A stretch of 63,853 bases of DNA, the filler included, from Octopus bimaculoides (Eukaryota): the NCBI RefSeq assembly GCF_001194135.2. It is 5 parts of 5 records of this genome, joined end to end, with 100 filler letters (N's around TTAATTAATTAA, not from the genome) between each part and the next. Parts side by side here need not be neighbours in the genome. Positions count along the whole stretch, not along the records: positions 1 to 13,820 come from NW_026299753.1; 4 more parts are not named here. One strand, 5' to 3'. Position 1 is the first letter of the stretch. Every line of letters starts with the position of its first letter. The translations under genes and the position numbers were made by a program. Below the pieces are notes generated by a model, which was not told the DNA's origin, did no database searches, and saw only the letters and a program-made list of their open reading frames with translations. This document shows, one piece after another, positions 1 to 10,910 of the stretch.

Positions 1-200
1 ATATACTTTATTAATAAAACTCACAAAAAAATACTGTTACCTAGAGTCTCATATTCCCATTCGTTGGACAATTTTGGTTTCTAAACCAAAACTGTCTGAC
101 GAATGGAAATGATGTCTGTGCAGCTTTATTAATAAAGTATTATACTCTACCTCAAATACTATTTTTTCCACCTTGTTTTGCATTTATGTGCTTACTCTGG
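1..200. mobile_element. Fold-back MITE-like element, left arm truncated by window edge; same family as 56652-56870
   Basis: Internal inverted arms (e.g. TTCGTTGGACAATTTTGGTT / AACCAAAACTGTCTGACGAA; CTTTATTAATAAA on both sides). The end GTGCTTACTCTGG|TA at 188-202 is the reverse complement of the TA|CCAGAGTAAGCAC start at 56650. Confidence 0.7.
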
Positions 201-395
201 TATATATATATAGAAATATATATATATCCCATGGCTGTAGAGATCTCCAGCCTTCTTGGGCCCTGGTCTACATCCCTGCTTACTGCTATTGAGGTAGGCA
301 TGGCTATTCGCAAATGTAAGGCCCTTTAACTGGAGCAACTATCCTCTGTCCACCAGGACTATAAGGCAGGTCAGAAAGTCCATGTAGTTATAGCT

Positions 396-564
396 GTTGT
401 TGTTGTTGTTGGCACTCCGTCGCTTACGACGTCGAGGGTTCCAGTTGATTCGTTGAACAGCCTGCTCGTGAAATTAACGTGCAAGTGGCTGAGCACTCCA
501 CAGACACGTGTACCCTTAATGTAGTTCTCGGGGATATTCAGCGTGTCACAGTGAGACAAGGCTG
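396..564 (-). mobile_element. 3' half of SINE family C, cut by an N gap
   Basis: Reverse complement of 39050-39218, including the (AAC)n tail. Confidence 0.85.
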
Positions 565-827
565 NNNNNNNNNNNNNNNNNNNNNNNNNNNNNNNNNNNN
601 NNNNNNNNNNNNNNNNNNNNNNNNNNNNNNNNNNNNNNNNNNNNNNNNNNNNNNNNNNNNNNNNNNNNNNNNNNNNNNNNNNNNNNNNNNNNNNNNNNNN
701 NNNNNNNNTGTTGTATCCCTTAGAAAAAGGAAAAAAAAACAAAGCTGCAAGAAGTAATGAGAATTGTTTGGATGTGTGTGTGTGTGTGTGTATCTGTGAG
801 CAAGAGAGAGAGAGAGAGAGAAAGTGA

Positions 828-870
<43 letters not shown>

Positions 871-1008
871 TGTGTGTCTGAAAATAAAATGACACAGCAT
901 TTTTTTGTTGTTTGTTTCTGGTTTATTTATTCATTTCTCTATTTCTGTCATTTAAAGTCCACATTTTATCCAAAGTTCATCTATATCTAATTGTCTGCTA
1001 GTTTTTCT

Positions 1009-1222
1009 GATTACAAGTTAAGTTCACTGCCATCAATTCACTGCAGGTGAATTCACCACCATTAATTCACTGTGAGGAAAGTTTACCAAGATAATATATC
1101 CATAGCAACACCATTAATAATTGAAAACTATTTTATTGAAAAAAAACCAAAAAAAAAACCATAAATTGATGATATTTCACTTTCCCTGGGGTGAATCAAT
1201 GATGGTGAACTTACTGGACATG
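1009..1222 (+). mobile_element. Non-autonomous Mutator-like (MULE) MITE, copy 1
   Basis: Perfect 9-bp TSD AGTTTTTCT (1000-1008 / 1223-1231); subterminal inverted AAGTTCAC..GTGAACTT repeats; homologous to 7599-7807 in reverse orientation. Confidence 0.8.
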
Positions 1223-1675
1223 AGTTTTTCTATTGAATTCTTGACCATTCTTTGACCATTCAAGCACCACCCTACTTTATTCCCTCCATCAAAACACACC
1301 CATCCTTTCTTCATCTTCTTACTCCTTTCTTTTTTTTTTTCTTGTTCCTCTATTTTCTTCCCTTTTCTCACTTTCTTTTTCCTCTTCCTTACCTTTTCCT
1401 TTTCCTCCTTATTTTTGTTTCTCTTCTTTTTTCCCCCTCTTCTCTCAATTACCCCTCCACCATCATACCCTACAACAAGAATCCATAGGTTTCGTAACAG
1501 TGGGTGCAAGAACACCTTACAATATTTTGTGGGGTTGGGAGTTCAGGATGAACTATGTAAATGCTTTGAATACCCTGGGCTGGATCTGTGCTAGCACCAT
1601 TTAAGCAAATTTCATTCCAGCACTTACACAGAAATCCTATCTAGAGATATACAAATTCCATTATTTCTTCAGACG

Positions 1676-2215
1676 TAAGGTGGTGAGTTGGCAGAAATGT
1701 TAGCACATGAGGCAAAATGCTTAGCGGTATTTTGCCTGCCTTTGTGTTCTGAGTTCAAATTCTGCCAAGGTTGACTTTGCCTTTCATCCTTTTGGGGTTG
1801 ATAAATTAAGTACCAGTTGTGTACTGAGGTCAATCTAATCGACTGGCCCCCTCCCCCCAAGACATTTCAGGCCTTGTGCCTACAGTAGAAAAGATTATTT
1901 CTTTAGATGTAACTTACCCAAAGACCCTTTGAACCTACAAGAAAGAGTTTGGAGTCACAAGAGACTGACTCAGCCAAAATAGAATATATTCTTAATCTCT
2001 ACTAGAGCTGGTGGAATCATTAGTGTGACGGACAAAAAATGCTTAGCAGCATTTCATCCATCTTTACATTCTGGGTTCAAATTCCGCTGAGGTTGACTTT
2101 GCCTTTCATCCTTTCAGGGTCGATAAAATAAGTACAAATTGAGTACTGAGATCAATGTAATTGACCTATCCCCTCCCTCAAATTGCTGGCCTTGTGCTGA
2201 AATTCGATATCGCTA
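1676..2215 (+). mobile_element. Two tandem SINE family B copies (about 1676-1900 and 2005-2215), CpG-decayed
   Basis: tRNA-like head (GGTGAGTTGGCAGAA...GAGTTCAAATTC) and conserved core GACTTTGCCTTTCATCCTTT..GGGGTYGATAAATTAAGTACCAG. About 30 further B copies or fragments occur across the window. Confidence 0.85.
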
Positions 2216-2494
2216 TTAATCTCTACTATGGTATTGAGTACTTTTCTTTCCAACTATCAATGGGTAACAGTGTCAAACTCCCTCATGTACCAAATGGGCA
2301 AACAACCAAAGGAAAAACACATACAGGAGTGGTGATATGAAATCCCACCACACTGAAGAAACCAGTCAATGAAAAACGATATGTAAAAGTAGAAAATCAC
2401 AGTGGCACTCCAGCATGATTACAGCCAAGTGACTGGAATGAATCAACATATACATATATACATTTATATACACATATATATATATATACATATA

Positions 2495-2738
2495 AAGAAG
2501 CCCGTCATATATATGTATATATATGTGTTTGTGTGTCTGTGTTTGTCCCCCTAGCATTGCTTGACAACCGATGCTGGTGTGTTTATGTCCCCATCACTTA
2601 GCGGTTCAGCAAAAGAGACCGATAGAATAAGTACTAGGCTTACAAAGAATAAGTCCTGGGGTCGATTTGCTCGACTAAAGGCATTGCTCCAGCATGGCCG
2701 CAGTCAAATGACTGAAAGAAGTAAAAGAGTAAAAGAGT
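2495..2738 (+). mobile_element. 3' part of SINE family A
   Basis: Matches 45385-45651: GAAGCCCGTC-(TA/TG)n-TGTTTGTCCCC...GACTGAAA-(GTAAAAGA)n tail. Confidence 0.85.
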
Positions 2739-3905
2739 ATATATATATATATATATATNNNNNNNNNNNNNNNNNNNNNNNNNNNNNNNNNNNNNNNNNN
2801 NNNNNNNNNNNNNNNNNNNNNNNNNNNNNNNNNNNNNNNNNNNNNNNNNNNNNNNNNNNNNNNNNNNNNNNNNNNNNNNNNNNNNNNNNNNNNNNNNNNN
2901 NNNNNNNNNNNNNNNNNNNNNNNNNNNNNNNNNNNNNNNNNNNNNNNNNNNNNNNNNNNNNNNNNNNNNNNNNNNNNNNNNNNNNNNNNNNNNNNNNNNN
3001 NNNNNNNNNNNNNNNNNNNNNNNNNNNNNNNNNNNNNNNNNNNNNNNNNNNNNNNNNNNNNNNNNNNNNNNNNNNNNNNNNNNNNNNNNNNNNNNNNNNN
3101 NNNNNNNNNNNNNNNNNNNNNNNNNNNNNNNNNNNNNNNNNNNNNNNNNNNNNNNNNNNNNNNNNNNNNNNNNNNNNNNNNNNNNNNNNNNNNNNNNNNN
3201 NNNNNNNNNNNNNNNNNNNNNNNNNNNNNNNNNNNNNNNNNNNNNNNNNNNNNNNNNNNNNNNNNNNNNNNNNNNNNNNNNNNNNNNNNNNNNNNNNNNN
3301 NNNNNNNNNNNNNNNNNNNNNNNNNNNNNNNNNNNNNNNNNNNNNNNNNNNNNNNNNNNNNNNNNNNNNNNNNNNNNNNNNNNNNNNNNNNNNNNNNNNN
3401 NNNNNNNNNNNNNNNNNNNNNNNNNNNNNNNNNNNNNNNNNNNNNNNNNNNNNNNNNNNNNNNNNNNNNNNNNNNNNNNNNNNNNNNNNNNNNNNNNNNN
3501 NNNNNNNNNNNNNNNNNNNNNNNNNNNNNNNNNNNNNNNNNNNNNNNNNNNNNNNNNNNNNNNNNNNNNNNNNNNNNNNNNNNNNNNNNNNNNNNNNNNN
3601 NNNNNNNNNNNNNNNNNNNNNNNNNNNNNNNNNNNNNTAAAAAAAATTAATAAATTAATACTACAGTGTCTACAAAAAATTTTTTTAACATTATAAAACC
3701 TAACATAGGATAATAAATATATAAAAATATAAATATAGATATATCAATATAAAAATATGTATATAAGTACATAAGATATAGAATATAGATAAAAGTTCAA
3801 TTAAGAATTTTTTTTTTTTCTGATTAAAAGTTACTTTTCAAGGTGAAAGGAAACCTTTTTAGAAAAGCTGGTGTCCAAGCAAAAAAGACAAAATAAAAAC
3901 TCATT

Positions 3906-3995
3906 TATAGTCCCCATGGCCATTTCAGGGGTTCATTAACGTAGTCAATGCACGAGGGTGCATTACGGTAATGACTCCTTCATCAGGGGAAAATA
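3906..3995 (-). ncRNA. Type I hammerhead-ribozyme-like motif with extended helix II; probably inactive copy
   Basis: Minus strand reads TCCC-CTGATGA-[53-nt hairpin]-GAAA-TGGCCA-T-G-GGGA. It has core boxes at 3980-3986 and 3923-3926, palindromic helix III ATGGCCAT, and helix I TCCC/GGGA. Position 17 is G (non-cleavable). Confidence 0.6.
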
Positions 3996-4023
3996 GTAAC
4001 ACCACATACCAATACAAGATTTT

Positions 4024-5660
4024 TTGAAGAAAGGCGATGCCTCATTGCATATTTTCTTTTATAAGATATCATGCACAGACCAGCCCAAATATTCAAAAAA
4101 TTCTTTTTCCTCCCTTTCCTTCTCTCTCAGTTTGAATGAATCAGACCTTCCCGACAAGAAAAATAATTATAATCTAAAAACCTATAGAAATCCTCCGTCC
4201 AACCCAGCTCTTGCTAAATTTGAACAGGACTTGATGAACTTAATAAAGTGTTTGAAATTTTCAAGATACACGAATCCCTTCCAGAAGCTGTTATCTCAGA
4301 AGATATCATCCATGAAATCATCTCCTGACCTACATGTATTGTCTGATAAGACTGGAAATATTTACTCTGTGCCACCAAAAATGTATAACAATTTGATATT
4401 GAAGGAGTTAAACTTCGGCTATAAACATGCAAGTAAAACTGCTGTAGATAGAATTAATGCTAATCATCTAGAAATAATCTCTGGTTTGGGCCTGCATGAT
4501 AGAACCCAACCTTATGCTCCAAATACTCCCCATGCCCTATTGAAGGCCCATAAACCTGATTTTTTATCTAATCCTTCGATCAGATTGATATGCCCAACAA
4601 AGTCTGATCTGGGCAGAATCAGTAAATTTATTATCGATGATATTATCCCAACCGTGAGGGAAAAGGTCCAACTTCCCTTATGGAAGGGTACTGAAGATGT
4701 GATACTTTGGTTTGACTCTCTCAGGGATAAACATAAGCTTGACTTTATACAATTCGACATTTCGAATTATTATAGCTCTATAAGCCCTATTTTGTTAAGC
4801 AAAGCATTAATTTTTGCAAGAAGGTTTGTGGAGTTGCCTAAGTCGGATATGGAGGTAATTTTAATGGCAAGAGAAACACTCATCTCCAACAACGAGAGTG
4901 ATTGGCAGAGAGCTGACTCCACTAATTTTTTTGATATAACCATGGAATCATCGGATTCTGCACAGGTGACTGACTTAGTGGGCCTATATCTACTCTCGGA
5001 GATTAAAGAAAGTTTCCCTTCTCTCACTGGTGGATTGTATAGGGATGATGCCCTTTAAGCCATGCCGGGCATGTCTAAGACTGTACTGAATAGATTAAAG
5101 AAATTGCTGAGAAGCTTCTTGAGGGTTTTCTTTAATCTTAACATCATCTTTGACATTAATTCTAGAGTGGTGAATTTTTTGCATGTTACCTTGTGTATTA
5201 TCCCTTTCGTAAACCCAATAAATCGATATCATATATTAATGTGTCATCCAATCACCCAAAATCTACAATAGACAGCATTATTACAGTGATATCGACAAGA
5301 ATATCTAATTTATCTGCGAATGAAGAAATTTTTGAACAACATGCACCGATATATAATAATGCTCTAAAGTTAAGTGGATTCAGAGCTAAAATATCATATA
5401 TCCCTAATACAAGATTAAAATATAAAATGGCTGATTTGCCATTTAAACATGTCACGGCTGCTCAGAATAAACGCAGAGTACCACCTGACTGCAATAATAA
5501 TAGGCCTTGGAGTAGAAACACATTTAGGGATGTTCGGAATCGGAACAGGTATAGGAATAGTAATAGTGTTATCAAGGAGATAAACAAAAAAGGAGGTTCA
5601 CAGTCTAGAATTAGGGAAGTAATTTGGTTCGCTCCCCCTTTTTCCCTTAGAGTAAGGAAC
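4024..5660 (+). pseudogene. Decayed Penelope-like element reverse transcriptase, Naiad-like; GIY-YIG end missing
   Basis: Motifs SDKTGNIY, LKAHKPDF..P.IRLICPTKS, QFDISNYYSSI, FDITM.S.DSAQVTDLVGLYLL, GLYRDD, VNFLHVT, YYPFRKPN..ISYINVSSNHP, VIWFAPPFS. TAA stop at 5056-5058 and a frameshift near 5195. Confidence 0.85.
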
Positions 5661-5797
5661 TTACCAAAAATGTTTCCATATTTTTGGCAGAGTGAATTGT
5701 GTCATGGTGCTGTTTTTCTCACAAACAGTACCCAACTGACCCTACTATACTGTGTAGTCACAAAAAAAAAACAATGCACATGCATGGAATTAAGGCT

Positions 5798-5864
<67 letters not shown>

Positions 5865-6694
5865 TGTATGTATATATGTGTGTGTAGATAGATATGTATG
5901 TATGCATGTATGTATGTATATATGTGTGTGTAGATAGATATGTATGTATGCATGTATATATGTATATATGTGTGTATATATATGTATATACATATATATA
6001 TATATATGAAAAGAAATTTGACACATCCTGGTTGATAGTGTTCCTTATCAACATGGAATCTAAGAAGTTTGATACACAAAAGTTCCCAGTTTACATTTTA
6101 GCTTACTACTTTAAGATAAAAACCATTTAAGGTGATATCCTTCTATGAACCTTTTTTTGTAATAAGCATCTGGTTGAAAACATGGACTTCCTTTCTTTTA
6201 GAATAAATAATCCTTTCTACAATAGGCACAAGGCCTGAAATTTGAGGGGAGGGAGCTAGTCAATTACATCAACCCCAGTGTTCAACTGGTACTTATTTAA
6301 TTGACCCCAAAGGGACAATGTTAGAATTTTAGAAATATTACTTTATTTGTGTGTAATATGTATGGTTAAAATTTCATCAACATCAAACATATATGTATTT
6401 TCACGGGGGTTATGGCCGTTATGCATAGAATATAATTTCCAAATTTACATGTATGCATATAGATCTATGCATATAGATCTATATCTATATATATATATCT
6501 ATACATATACGTGTACATATTGATATATATGTATACATGTATACACATACATCTTTATATGTGTATATATATATATATATATATAATAATAATATTAGGG
6601 AGAAAATCCAAAATTACAGGTATAAACTCAATTAAAATCAATTTATAAAAAAATTAAAATTAAATTGAGCTTTATAGATTAAAATATATATAAA

Positions 6695-6906
6695 ATATAT
6701 AGTTTTAGGGAAAATAACCAATTTTCAAGAACTCATCGATGAAAAAGTAAATATCATAAGATAAAGATATCTTTATCTTATGATATTTACTTTGTTTTAT
6801 ATTATACTCATTTATTGTGCTTTTAATTATTAATTTTTCTATATGTGGTAGTGGATTTTCATCGATGAGTTCTTAAAAATTGGTTATTTTCCCTAAAACT
6901 ATATAT
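6695..6906. repeat. Nested fold-back: 51-bp terminal inverted arms enclosing a perfect 50-bp palindrome
   Basis: 6695-6745 vs 6856-6906 are reverse complements with 1 mismatch; 6744-6793 is a perfect palindrome with no loop. Confidence 0.9.
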
Positions 6907-7598
6907 ATATACATATATATATATATACATACATATATATATATATGTATACTTATTTAATTGACCCCAAAGGGACAATAGGCAAAGTCAATCTCAGCAG
7001 AGTTTGAACTCAGAATGTAAAGACCTAAAATGCCACTAAGCATTTTGCCTGGCTTGCTAATGATTTCTCCAGTTCATGACCTTATCTTTTAGAATAAATA
7101 ATGAAATAACTTTGTAATTTTCTTTAAAAAAATTTCACCAAGATAATTATAATGTACACTTTGGAAATTTTATTTAAAAAACAAAATTTGTATTATGAAA
7201 ATTATGAGAAATCTAAGTCAGTGGTGGAAGACTAAACCATTGTTATGCCTATAATATTTAAGTGCACCCAAATATTCCCCATGATAAACAAACCAACTGC
7301 AACACAGTATCTAAGAAAGCAACTGAAAAATGCTTTTATGACCTTCAAATGACCAATCTGTTTGACAAAGTGAATATGGAATGTCATAATCAAAGATTAA
7401 ACTTGTATTGTATTGAACCTGTCCAAGGGTGACTCAAAGTGTAAGGGTAATAAGATTATAAGACGTTCTGAGCTCAAATTCCACCGGGGTTAACTTTGTC
7501 TTTCATCCTCTCAGGATTGTTAAGATATGTATGAGCTAAAAACTGGGGTTGATTTAATCATCTTAACACCTCCCACAAACCTGCTGGCCTTGTGCCAA

Positions 7599-7807
7599 CA
7601 TGTCTGGTAGGTTTACTATCATCAATTTACTACAGGGAAAGTCAACCACTTTTTTTTTTTATAAAATAGTTTTTAACTATTAATGGTGAGATACTATAGA
7701 TATATTTTCTCAATAAACTTTCATCATGGTGAACTTTCTTCATGGTGAATTGATGGTGGTGAACTTCCTCTTCAGTGAATTGATGGCAGTGAACTTATTC
7801 TGTAACC
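7599..7807 (-). mobile_element. Non-autonomous Mutator-like (MULE) MITE, copy 2, inserted in a SINE B tail
   Basis: Perfect 9-bp TSD TTGTGCCAA (7590-7598 / 7808-7816); same asymmetric ends as 1009-1222. Confidence 0.8.
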
Positions 7808-7840
7808 TTGTGCCAAAATTTGAAATCAATATTCATACTT

Positions 7841-8219
7841 GTGGCCGATGCCAGTGCCATCTGACTGGCACCCATGTCGGTGGCATGTAAAAAGCACCAT
7901 TTGAGCGTTAGGCCTCATGGAGGCAGTGACAGGTGACTGAGACCTTTGGCAATACACTGTGCTTGTGTAGACCTGTCAAGCCAAGTGAGATCATAGTCAT
8001 GACTGGTGCCGGTGTCATGGCAATGGCACCTGTGTTGATAGCAGGCAAAATACACCCACTATACGCTTGGAGTGATTGGCTTTAGGAAGGGCATCCAGCC
8101 TAGAATTCTTGTCAAATCAGAGTGGAACCTGGTACAGCTCCCCAGTTTACTAGTTTTCAGTCAAACCATCCAACCCATGCCAGCATGGAAAGCAGATGTT
8201 TAATGATGATGATGATGAT
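7841..8219 (+). mobile_element. RTE-LINE 3'UTR-type repeat (family D) with (GAT)n tail
   Basis: GTGGCAYRTAAAAAGCACC units, GGAAGGGCATCCAG box and CATGCCAGCATGGAAAGCAGATGTT-(GAT)n end, shared with the RTE fragment at 33470-33890. Confidence 0.75.
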
Positions 8220-9036
8220 TATTATAAGACATGAGTAATATCAATTCAGTCTAAATCCAGATTACCACATTTGCTAGCATATAAGACATGCTTTTGTTCT
8301 TTTGTATCAAAAACTTGTCTAGCATCTAATGCAGCTGTATTAGAAATGCAAGACTGAGTGTTGTAGGCTAGAGAACCAGATGAGTGTAAGTCTGCTAGGT
8401 ACAATAATTGTTCTAATAGTAAAATATTGGAAGGAGGTCAAAGTATTGCAGTCTGAAAGTAGAAATGTGACAATTGCTTAAGGAATATCAGCAGTTATGT
8501 GGGGAAATCACATCATCTCAGTATCTCATTAGCATTCAGATTATTCTGTCAAATATACTGCCCAGCACTGTGACTTCGTTGTCATCCAATCATTACAAAT
8601 ATCAATTACATTGACCCCAGTGCTTGACTGGTATTTATTTTACGGACCCTAAGAGTATGAAAGGCAAAGTCAACTTTGGTAGAATTTGAACTCAGAACAT
8701 ATAGACAAATGAAATCTCTCTAAGCATTTTGTCCAGTGTGTTCACATTTGTGCCAGCTTTCCACCTTAATGGTGATGATAAGGGTTTCAAATTTTGGCAC
8801 AAGGTCAGCAAGTCTGGGGGAGGGGGTTAAGTCAATTACACTGACCCAAGTAGTCAACTGGTACTTATTTTATTGACCCCAAAAGGGTGAAAGGCAAAGT
8901 CAACCTTGGCAGACTTTGAATTAAGAATATAAAGACAGATAAAATGCCACTAAGCTTTTGGCCTGGCATGCTAACAATTCTGCTAACTTGCCACCTTAAT
9001 AATAAGGATAATAATAATAACAACAACAATAATAAT

Positions 9037-9570
9037 AGTGATAAGTGCAGAATTTGTGAACCAAATGGTGAAACCATATGGCAAATTACCAGTCAATGTA
9101 TGCCACTAGCCCAGAAAGAATATAAGAGACATCATGACACTNNNNNNNNNNCCCAGAAAGAATATAAGAGACATCATGACACTATAGCAAGGATTGTCCA
9201 TTGGACACTTTGCATCTAGTATGGACTTGATAGAGCAAAAATGTGGTACAAACATAAACCTAAAGGCATCATCAAAAATGATAATGCAATGATCCTGTGG
9301 GATTTTATGATTCAGTGTGACCATGAGATAGAGAATAGGAAGCCAGACATAGTGTTAATTGAGAAAGAAAACAAACGATGCTGGATCATAGATATAACAT
9401 GCCCAGTTGACAACAAGGTATGTGTTAAGGAAGAAAGAAAAGTCAATAGATATGACAGGTTAGCTTGAGAGGTTAAGCAGTTGTGGTCGATGAAAAAGGT
9501 TGTAGTAGTACAAATAATTGTCAGAGTTCTGAGAATAGTAAGTAAAAATCTTGAGAAGTACATAGAACAA
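9037..9570 (+). mobile_element. R4/Dong-like non-LTR retrotransposon fragment (CCHC knuckle + restriction-like endonuclease), decayed
   Basis: KCRIC..NGETIWQITSQC..LAQKEYKRHHD..ARIVHW; LWDFMIQCDHEIENRKPDIVLIEKENKRCWIIDITCP..K.EERKVNRY; in-frame stops; starts at an (AAT/AAC)n tract. Confidence 0.8.
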
Positions 9571-10149
9571 AGTCAGGTAAAAGCAGTGTGAGAGGTTACT
9601 GGGTTACTGTTTTTGCAGTACAGGCAGTTTCTTCAACTGATCGCCAATGCTTCAGTATGGCCGCAGTCAAATGACTGAAACAATGAATAAAAGAATATGT
9701 AATCACAGATAAACCCATGTATAACATGGTTTACAATTGAGAAAAATGTGTTATCCCAGATCACTGATGAATGAATCCAGAAATAAACTTGACTAAATGT
9801 ACTTTATTCATTATGTTTTATGACCACATCATCATCATCATCATCAACATTATCATCATTTAATACCTGTTTTCTATGCTGACATGGGTTGGGTGGTGCA
9901 ACAGGAACTGGCAAGTCGGAAGACAGCACCAGTCGCTGATGTCTTCTTTGGCATGGTATATATACAAATTAAAATCCAGAAAATGAAGAAGTAGTGTTAT
10001 TTAATTTGAATATTTATAAACAAAGTTTTATACTTAAACCTGTTACTTTAGGAATATTGCTATTCACAACAAAATAATAGGTAACAAACCAGTAATTCAT
10101 TGGATATTTTCTATCCCTTAAGGTGGTTATTTTAACCTCTATTTAAACT

Positions 10150-10182
<33 letters not shown>

Positions 10183-10282
10183 ACATACATACATATATCA
10201 AAATCGTAATTGAACTAAATTGGACACTAAACTCTGCTTGCGAAGAGTTTTGAACCATATTCGTAATTGAACCATATTCAAT

Positions 10283-10723
10283 GACTGGCACCTGTGCCAG
10301 TGGAGTGCTAAGAGCACCATCCGAGTGTGATCATTGCCAGAGCAGCTGTCTGGCTTCTGTGCCAGTGGCATGTAAATAGCACCATTTGAGCGTGATCGTT
10401 ACCAGCGTTACCTTACTGGCACTTGTGCCGGTGGCACATGAAAAAACATTCGAGCGAGTTCGTTGCCAGTGCCGCTGGACTGGCTCCTGTGCAGGTGGCA
10501 CGTAAAATACACCATTTTGAGCATGGCCATTGGCAGTACCGTCCAACTGGCCCTCGTGCTGGTGACACGTAAAAGCACCCACTACACTCTCGGAGTGGTT
10601 GGCATTAGGAAGAGCATCCAGCTGCAGAAACCCTGCCAGATCAGATTGGGGCCTGGTGTAGCCATCTGGTTCACCCATGCTAACATGGAAAGTAGATGTT
10701 AAACAATGATGAGGATGATGATG

Positions 10724-10727
<4 letters not shown>
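10283..10727 (+). mobile_element. Family D repeat with 4-5 degenerate internal tandem units
   Basis: Repeated GTGCCRGTGGCAYRTAAAA.CACCATTTGAGC units followed by the RTE-type 3' end and GAT tail. Confidence 0.75.
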
Positions 10728-10793
<66 letters not shown>

Positions 10794-10910
10794 TGAATAT
10801 ATATATACTATTATATATATATATAAATATAGATAGATACCTACATACATACATGCGTACATACACATATGCATACATACATATTTGTAGAAGCATGTAT
10901 ATGTATATCA

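Noticed and set aside
2345-2380. CTGAAGA...GAAAAACG hammerhead-like string
   Set aside because: No helix II pairing and no helix I partner.
5056-5058. Possible selenocysteine read-through in the Naiad-like ORF
   Set aside because: The stop is TAA, not TGA, and a frameshift plus motif substitutions show ordinary decay.
9110-9183. 32-bp direct duplication in the R4/Dong fragment
   Set aside because: Exact repeat on both sides of a 10-N gap; typical unmerged contig overlap.
10330-10590. CRISPR-like array of repeated units
   Set aside because: Units are degenerate, spacers are mutually related, the context is a eukaryotic RTE tail, and there are no cas genes.
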